DNA of 40,442 nucleotides, taken from a virus (lineage: Duplodnaviria > Caudoviricetes). The notes beneath the pieces are model-generated. The model was not told the DNA's origin and searched no databases. It was given only the letters and a program-made list of their open reading frames with translations. Below, one piece after another: positions 35,453 to 40,442 of the stretch (position 1 is the first letter of the stretch; each line of letters begins with the position of its first letter). The stretch is from the IMG/VR virus record IMGVR_UViG_3300033076_000834, positions 1-40,442 of that record. One strand, 5' to 3'. Position numbers and translations under genes: made by a program.

Positions 35453-36643
35453 ATGGCAAAACAAAGTAAAAAAACGAACGCGACTGTATCATTAAATGTC
35501 CACGAATTAAAGGACTTTTTGAAACACATTATTGATAACAACCGTTATCTACAAGAAAACAATAAACCAATGGTTAGTACTGAAGTAGTAGGTGATTCAG
35601 GTATTGGTAAAACATCTTCTATTATTCAGTTAGCAAATGATTTAGGTTTAAATTTCGTTAAATTGAACTTAGCTCAAATTGAGGAAATTGGTGACTTAGT
35701 AGGTTTTCCAATTCGTCAATTTGAAATGAAAGATAAAAAAGTAACTGAATGGGTAGATGAAAATTCAGTTGAGGATTATCGTAAGAAAGGATTTGAATCA
35801 ACAGGTTTGAATCGTATGAGTTACTGTCCACCTGAATGGATTAGTGGTAAAACAAATGGTGGTATCTTATTATTGGATGACTGGAATAGAGCTGATATGA
35901 GATTCATTCAAGCTGTAATGGAGTTAATCGACCGTCAACAATATATTAGTTGGAAGTTACCTAAAGATTGGCATATTATTTTAACATCAAATCCTGATAA
36001 TGGAGACTATTTAGTTAACAGTATCGATAACGCTCAAAAAACAAGATTTATTAGTGTTAATTTAAAATTTGATCTTAAATGTTGGGGTAAATGGGCTGAA
36101 GAAAATAAGCTAGATGGTCGTTGTATTAACTTTATGCTGATGCATCCAGAACTAGTAACTAAAGAAGTTAACAGTAGAAGTGTTAGTATGTTCTTTAATA
36201 GTATTAGTTCAATTAAAACATTCGAAGATCAATTACCATTAATTCAAATGATTGGAGAAGGTAGTGTTGGTAGTGAATTTAGTACTTTGTTTACAATGTT
36301 CATTAATAATAAATTAGATAAGATGATTTCACCAGAAAATATCTTAACTCAAGATGAAACATATGTGATGAATACACTTAAGAGTTTAGTTGGTAAAGAT
36401 AAAGCATATAGAGCAGATATCGCCGCTACATTAGGTACAAGGGTTTCTAACCACTTAGAATTTTATGCTAAGGATAATGCAATTGAGAAACCATTAATTG
36501 AACGTATCAGTAAAATCGTCACCGAGAAAATATTCGCAACAGATGTATGTTATAATATGGTTAAGTCAATTTATAATAGTAATCCGAATAAGTTTAAATT
36601 AATGATGTTGAATAAAGAATTAGTAAAATATATAACTAAATAA
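35453..36643 (+). CDS. MoxR-like AAA+ ATPase
   Basis: GDSGIGKT, GDLVGFP, PPEW, LLLDDWNRA, LTSNP, AQKTRF; adjacent to the VWA gene. Confidence 0.88.
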   Translation: MAKQSKKTNATVSLNVHELKDFLKHIIDNNRYLQENNKPMVSTEVVGDSGIGKTSSIIQLANDLGLNFVKLNLAQIEEIGDLVGFPIRQFEMKDKKVTEWVDENSVEDYRKKGFESTGLNRMSYCPPEWISGKTNGGILLLDDWNRADMRFIQAVMELIDRQQYISWKLPKDWHIILTSNPDNGDYLVNSIDNAQKTRFISVNLKFDLKCWGKWAEENKLDGRCINFMLMHPELVTKEVNSRSVSMFFNSISSIKTFEDQLPLIQMIGEGSVGSEFSTLFTMFINNKLDKMISPENILTQDETYVMNTLKSLVGKDKAYRADIAATLGTRVSNHLEFYAKDNAIEKPLIERISKIVTEKIFATDVCYNMVKSIYNSNPNKFKLMMLNKELVKYITK

Positions 36644-36662
36644 AGGTTGCCACTTTTACTTC

Positions 36663-36698
36663 AACTCCCGATCCTGCAATATGGGTTGGGAGTTTGTT
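36663..36698 (+). terminator. intrinsic terminator
   Basis: AACTCCCGATCC...GGGTTGGGAGTT 12-bp stem with 2 G-U pairs, then TGTT. Confidence 0.7.
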
Positions 36699-36880
36699 AT
36701 TAATACCGACTTAACCCCGATTTAAACAGCTATCTCCTATGGTTCATATATATTTATATAATAGTATTTACCCCGTTAAATCCCCGGTAAAGGCCGTTGA
36801 AAAAGCTTGGATGACCTCAACTAAAAGTTTGGAATCCCAGAGATTTTTCCATATTTTTTTAGAGCACTAAATTAATTAAA

Positions 36881-37192
36881 ATGAGTAATGAGAGAAGTGA
36901 GGAAGTGAGAGTTAAGTTATTAACGTTAGGTGATTGTGATTATTGCACATGGTTGAAGAGTGAGTTGGACGGTTGCGGAATAACCTATGTTAATATTGAT
37001 GCTGATCAACATTCCGATTTCGCTGACATGATTGAAGATAAGTTCAAGACGGATAGTTACCCTATAGTGTTTATAGAGCAAGATAGAGAGGTAATTATCA
37101 TAGTTCCTGAGACTAAGTTGGAAACGAGTGAAACGTTACGTACATTTAATACGATACCTGAATTAATCGGTATCATAAAATCATATATATGA
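36881..37192 (+). CDS. glutaredoxin-like protein
   Basis: CDYC motif, SYPIVFI. Confidence 0.78.
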   Translation: MSNERSEEVRVKLLTLGDCDYCTWLKSELDGCGITYVNIDADQHSDFADMIEDKFKTDSYPIVFIEQDREVIIIVPETKLETSETLRTFNTIPELIGIIKSYI

Positions 37193-37362
37193 GATATAAA
37201 GAACCAATTGAAAGAAAATTAGATCAACTTGAAAATATGCTGAATGGATTCGGAGCACAATTTTCAAATCCACAATTCACTATTAACGAAGCTAAAGATA
37301 TGCTTAGTCAAATGAAGGATAAAGTTGAAGAAATTAGAACATTAATTAACTCTGAACAATAA
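37189..37362 (+). CDS. hypothetical helical protein (57 aa, not in ORF track)
   Basis: ATGA-coupled ORF, MRYKEPIERKLDQLE... Confidence 0.6.
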   Translation: MRYKEPIERKLDQLENMLNGFGAQFSNPQFTINEAKDMLSQMKDKVEEIRTLINSEQ

Positions 37363-37379
37363 ACAACAAAATAAAAGTT

Positions 37380-38153
37380 ATGATAACTCCAGAACAAATT
37401 CAATCCAACTGGGATAAATTTTTAGGATTCATTGATACCTATATCTCAGGTGAACGAGGTGAGAAACTTAAAGAATTTTACCTTAAACATGAAGAACGCT
37501 TCGTAATGATGCCAGCGTCTCATAAGTCTCAATACCACAACTGCTATCCAGGTGGTTATATTGACCACGTAAATAGAGTAGTTGAAGGTGCTCTTAAATT
37601 AGATGATTTATGGAAGTCATTTGGAATGTGGGAAACATATAATATTGAAGAACTTGTATTCTCAGCTATCAATCATGACTTAGGTAAGTTTGGAGATGAA
37701 GAAAATGCCGCGTACATTGAACAGACAGACCAATGGAGAAGAGATAAACTAAATGAAACTTATATGTTTAACGATCGTTTAGAATATATGACTGTTCCTG
37801 ATCGTGGTTTACATTTATTACTTAGTAATGGCATTATACCTACTAAGAACGAAATGATAGCTATAAAAACTCATGATGGACTATATGATGAATCGAATAA
37901 AGCTTACTTAATGGGTTTCACACCTGAAACTAAGCCCCGTACTTCACTTGTATATGTTTTACATCAGGCCGATTTAATGGCTGCTAGAATTGAGTTTGAA
38001 AGAGAATGGTTACCGAAACTATTAGGTCCTAAACAAGAAACACCTAAAAAGGAAAACAATTTTAAATTAAACAAAAACAATTCGGCTGTGAAGCAAAAAG
38101 CATTAAAATCTATGTCTAATCCTGCTTTAGCCGAGCTAATGAAAAACATATGA
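37380..38153 (+). CDS. HD-domain phosphohydrolase
   Basis: PAS...H...GGYIDH, HDLGK, HDG, LHQAD. Confidence 0.88.
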   Translation: MITPEQIQSNWDKFLGFIDTYISGERGEKLKEFYLKHEERFVMMPASHKSQYHNCYPGGYIDHVNRVVEGALKLDDLWKSFGMWETYNIEELVFSAINHDLGKFGDEENAAYIEQTDQWRRDKLNETYMFNDRLEYMTVPDRGLHLLLSNGIIPTKNEMIAIKTHDGLYDESNKAYLMGFTPETKPRTSLVYVLHQADLMAARIEFEREWLPKLLGPKQETPKKENNFKLNKNNSAVKQKALKSMSNPALAELMKNI

Positions 38154-38425
38154 TATTAGGAATTATTTCAATTTGCTTATGGGTATTCACTATATTTGGA
38201 TACATCATTTGGAACTTAAATGGTAAAGTAGCTAAATTAGAAGAAATAGCTGCTAAACAAAAAATTATTATCGATAGTGTAGCTTCTATTGTTGAGGAGT
38301 CTAATAGACAACTTAATCAAGTTGAACTAACAGAAGCATTTAAGTCAGATGACCAGATAGGGTTCTTCTTCCGTAATTTACAAAACATTCAAGATTCATT
38401 GAATCATTATCTTAAGCAACTTTAA
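38150..38425 (+). CDS. membrane-anchored coiled-coil protein
   Basis: N-terminal hydrophobic helix; FKSDDQIGFFF. Confidence 0.65.
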   Translation: MILGIISICLWVFTIFGYIIWNLNGKVAKLEEIAAKQKIIIDSVASIVEESNRQLNQVELTEAFKSDDQIGFFFRNLQNIQDSLNHYLKQL

Positions 38426-38427
38426 TT

Positions 38428-39183
38428 ATGGCAGAAGAGCAAGAAGTATTACTGACGAAGAAAGGGACTGTCCGTAAACGCAAACCTAAAAAGGCTAACG
38501 TTTATTTCACTCAAGAAACTGAGGATGCTATTATTGAGTATTTAAAAACTAAAGACACTGAGACTCGAAATAAAATATTTAATGAAAAAATTAATTACTC
38601 ATTTCATAAACTGGCTGAAAATATTATCCATACGTTTAAATTTTATTATACGGAAGTGGATACTATTCCTGAGCTCCAACATGAGGTGGTGGCCTTTTTA
38701 TTAGAAAAACTACACTTATACAACCAGAACAAAGGTAAGGCATTTAGTTATTTTGGTACCATTGCTAAAAGGTACCTTATTCTCTACAATAATGCTAACT
38801 ATAAGAAGTTGAAGGATAAGGCGCCTGTTGAAGCAGTTGATGAGGATAAATCAATCTTAATTGATATAGTTAATAGTAATAATGAACCTCAAGTAGATCC
38901 ACAACCATCTTACTTACAACAGTTTACTAAGTATGTAGATGCCAATTTATTTGTTTTATTCCCTAAACAAAATGATGCCCGTATTGCAGACGCTATATTA
39001 GAGTTATTCCGTAAAAACGAAAACTTAGATATTTTTAACAAGAAAGCATTATACATCTACGTAAAGGAAATGACTGAAGCATCTACACCTCAGATAACTA
39101 AGATTATTAAACGTTTAAAGATAGTGTATGTTAAGAAATATAACGAATACTATGAACATGGACGTATTACTATGTCGATCTAA
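38428..39183 (+). CDS. putative phage sigma-like transcription factor (gp55-like)
   Basis: KLAENII...EKLHLYNQNKGKAFSYFGTIAKRYL resembles sigma region 2. Confidence 0.65.
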   Translation: MAEEQEVLLTKKGTVRKRKPKKANVYFTQETEDAIIEYLKTKDTETRNKIFNEKINYSFHKLAENIIHTFKFYYTEVDTIPELQHEVVAFLLEKLHLYNQNKGKAFSYFGTIAKRYLILYNNANYKKLKDKAPVEAVDEDKSILIDIVNSNNEPQVDPQPSYLQQFTKYVDANLFVLFPKQNDARIADAILELFRKNENLDIFNKKALYIYVKEMTEASTPQITKIIKRLKIVYVKKYNEYYEHGRITMSI

Positions 39184-39198
39184 CTCTTCACATCTCTC

Positions 39199-39207
39199 AT
39201 ATTTATA
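39199..39207 (+). promoter_or_regulatory. ATATTTATA motif (candidate late promoter)
   Basis: Intergenic, 12 nt before ATG 39220. Confidence 0.45.
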
Positions 39208-39219
39208 TAAAACGTAAAT

Positions 39220-39579
39220 ATGGATTTTAATCAAGTTTTATTTAAAGACAAGACTTTTTCGGGCTTACTTGAAGATATATATAAGAACGCAACTCGTAAG
39301 GAAAAAGAAATTAAAGCATTAATCGATCAACTGAAACCTATGATACAGGAGCCAGGTGACGCGATGATGCTTGTTCCTTTGTTAAAGGAATATATGGAAA
39401 TAGCAGTTAAAAATGATGACGCCTTAATTAAAATGGCAGGTATTGTTCAACGTGCTATGCAAAACTCAAGTGGAGAAAGCGATGGAGGTATGTTAAGTGA
39501 TCGTGATAAAGAATTACTATTCCAAGAAATTAGTAGTGTTGGACATAATGTTGAAATAAAACAACTTGAAAATAAATAA
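39220..39579 (+). CDS. hypothetical helical protein
   Basis: 119-aa ORF, PLLKEYMEIAVKND. Confidence 0.7.
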   Translation: MDFNQVLFKDKTFSGLLEDIYKNATRKEKEIKALIDQLKPMIQEPGDAMMLVPLLKEYMEIAVKNDDALIKMAGIVQRAMQNSSGESDGGMLSDRDKELLFQEISSVGHNVEIKQLENK

Positions 39580-40288
39580 TGGGTAAAGAGAATACTATAG
39601 TAACTGGTACTACAAGACGACCTAATAATGGATCATCTGTTAATAGTGGAGCTAATTTAAGCACCATATTACCATCATCTCCATATCAGTTTGGAATTGT
39701 AGATGCTGTAGACTCTACTACTAGAGAAATAGTATATCGAATTATAGAGAATAACGTTGCTGATAACCATTATATAAAAATAATGTTCGTTTACCTGATG
39801 TAGGATACATTGTTCCTTTATTAAGAGGTCCTGATACTTCTGTTGGTGATATTAATCAACAATATTCAAAAACAGTTTATTACCTAGATCCAATTGGTAT
39901 TTGGCAAACTGTGGATAAAAATATTATTCAAAGATCAAAACTAAAAGTAGATGATGTTGTAAAAGTTGATAAGGAAAGTATAAATAATGCTATAATAGGA
40001 GTACCTAATAATCCTCCTACTGTTGAACAAAACAACTCAATCCCTTATGCTCCTGTACCTCCTGCTCCATCACCATCTCCTATAGTACCTGCTGCTTCAC
40101 AACCAGCAGCTGCTATCCCACCCCCAGCACCTCCTCCACTTCCTCCTTCTGCTAACTATACATTTGATATAAAAATATCATATGATACATGGTACGCTAC
40201 CATATATGATAATGGAAAGAAAATAGATAGAAGAATGTATGTATCTACTAATTATAATGAAAAAACTATAATTGGTTTTGTAATATAA
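39579..40288 (+). pseudogene. frameshifted gene joining ORFs 39579..39803 and 39911..40288
   Basis: The frame of the second ORF is open from about 39767 (PLYKNNVRLPDVGYIVPLLRGPD...YYLDPIGIW) with no ATG start. Confidence 0.6.
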
Positions 40289-40341
40289 AATTATAAGAGT
40301 TTATTATTAAAAAGAATTTTTGAATTTGGGAGTATAAAAAA

Positions 40342-40442
40342 ATGAAGCCAGTTTACCTATCAGGACCAATAACAGGACTTAACTACACAGGCGCAACTAG
40401 TTGGCGTGAGTTTACTGCTGTAGAGTTAAGAAAAGTAGGTAT
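40342..40442 (+). CDS. nucleoside 2-deoxyribosyltransferase-like protein (truncated by window end)
   Basis: MKPVYLSGPITGLNYTGATSWRE; YLSGP...WR pattern. Confidence 0.6.
   Translation, partial: MKPVYLSGPITGLNYTGATSWREFTAVELRKVG

Noticed and set aside
3437-38149. Minus-strand ORFs in the supplied track
   Set aside because: Nearly all are short shadows of + strand genes, lacking motifs and consensus leaders
1-40442. Stop-codon reassignment as seen in some large Bacteroidota phages
   Set aside because: Recognisable genes are full-length in the standard code, and TAA, TAG and TGA all terminate genes

Overview
This AT-rich window (roughly 30% GC by eye) is densely coding, and essentially all credible genes lie on the + strand. 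It looks like a fragment of a large T4-like dsDNA phage: it carries a gp44/gp62-type clamp loader, a sigma-like factor and many short hypothetical ORFs, with no integrase or host housekeeping operons. Promoter architecture (TTG-N20-TAnnTTTA) and A-rich leaders without Shine-Dalgarno sites point to a Bacteroidota host (inference). Layout: 0-5 kb replication/nuclease genes; 5-14 kb glycan-modification cluster (4-5 glycosyltransferases, PIG-L deacetylase, methyltransferase-like protein, WbqC, epimerase); 14-36.6 kb accessory region built from promoter+leader+ORF units marked by a TGACC-N13-TAnnTTTA motif (13 exact and 5 variant copies), including a RadA-like ATPase and a BRCT-like/VWA-peptidase/MoxR module; 36.9-40.4 kb glutaredoxin, HD hydrolase, sigma-like factor and a frameshifted gene. 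Main leads: (1) an ungapped ~33-aa helical motif shared by five proteins, two of which sit in the MoxR-VWA module; (2) cassette-like promoter units abutting upstream stop codons; (3) 3'-UTR segments just before terminators that are antisense to start-codon regions; (4) a palindrome-rich junction near 27.5 kb. All family calls are motif recognition by eye; no searches were run.
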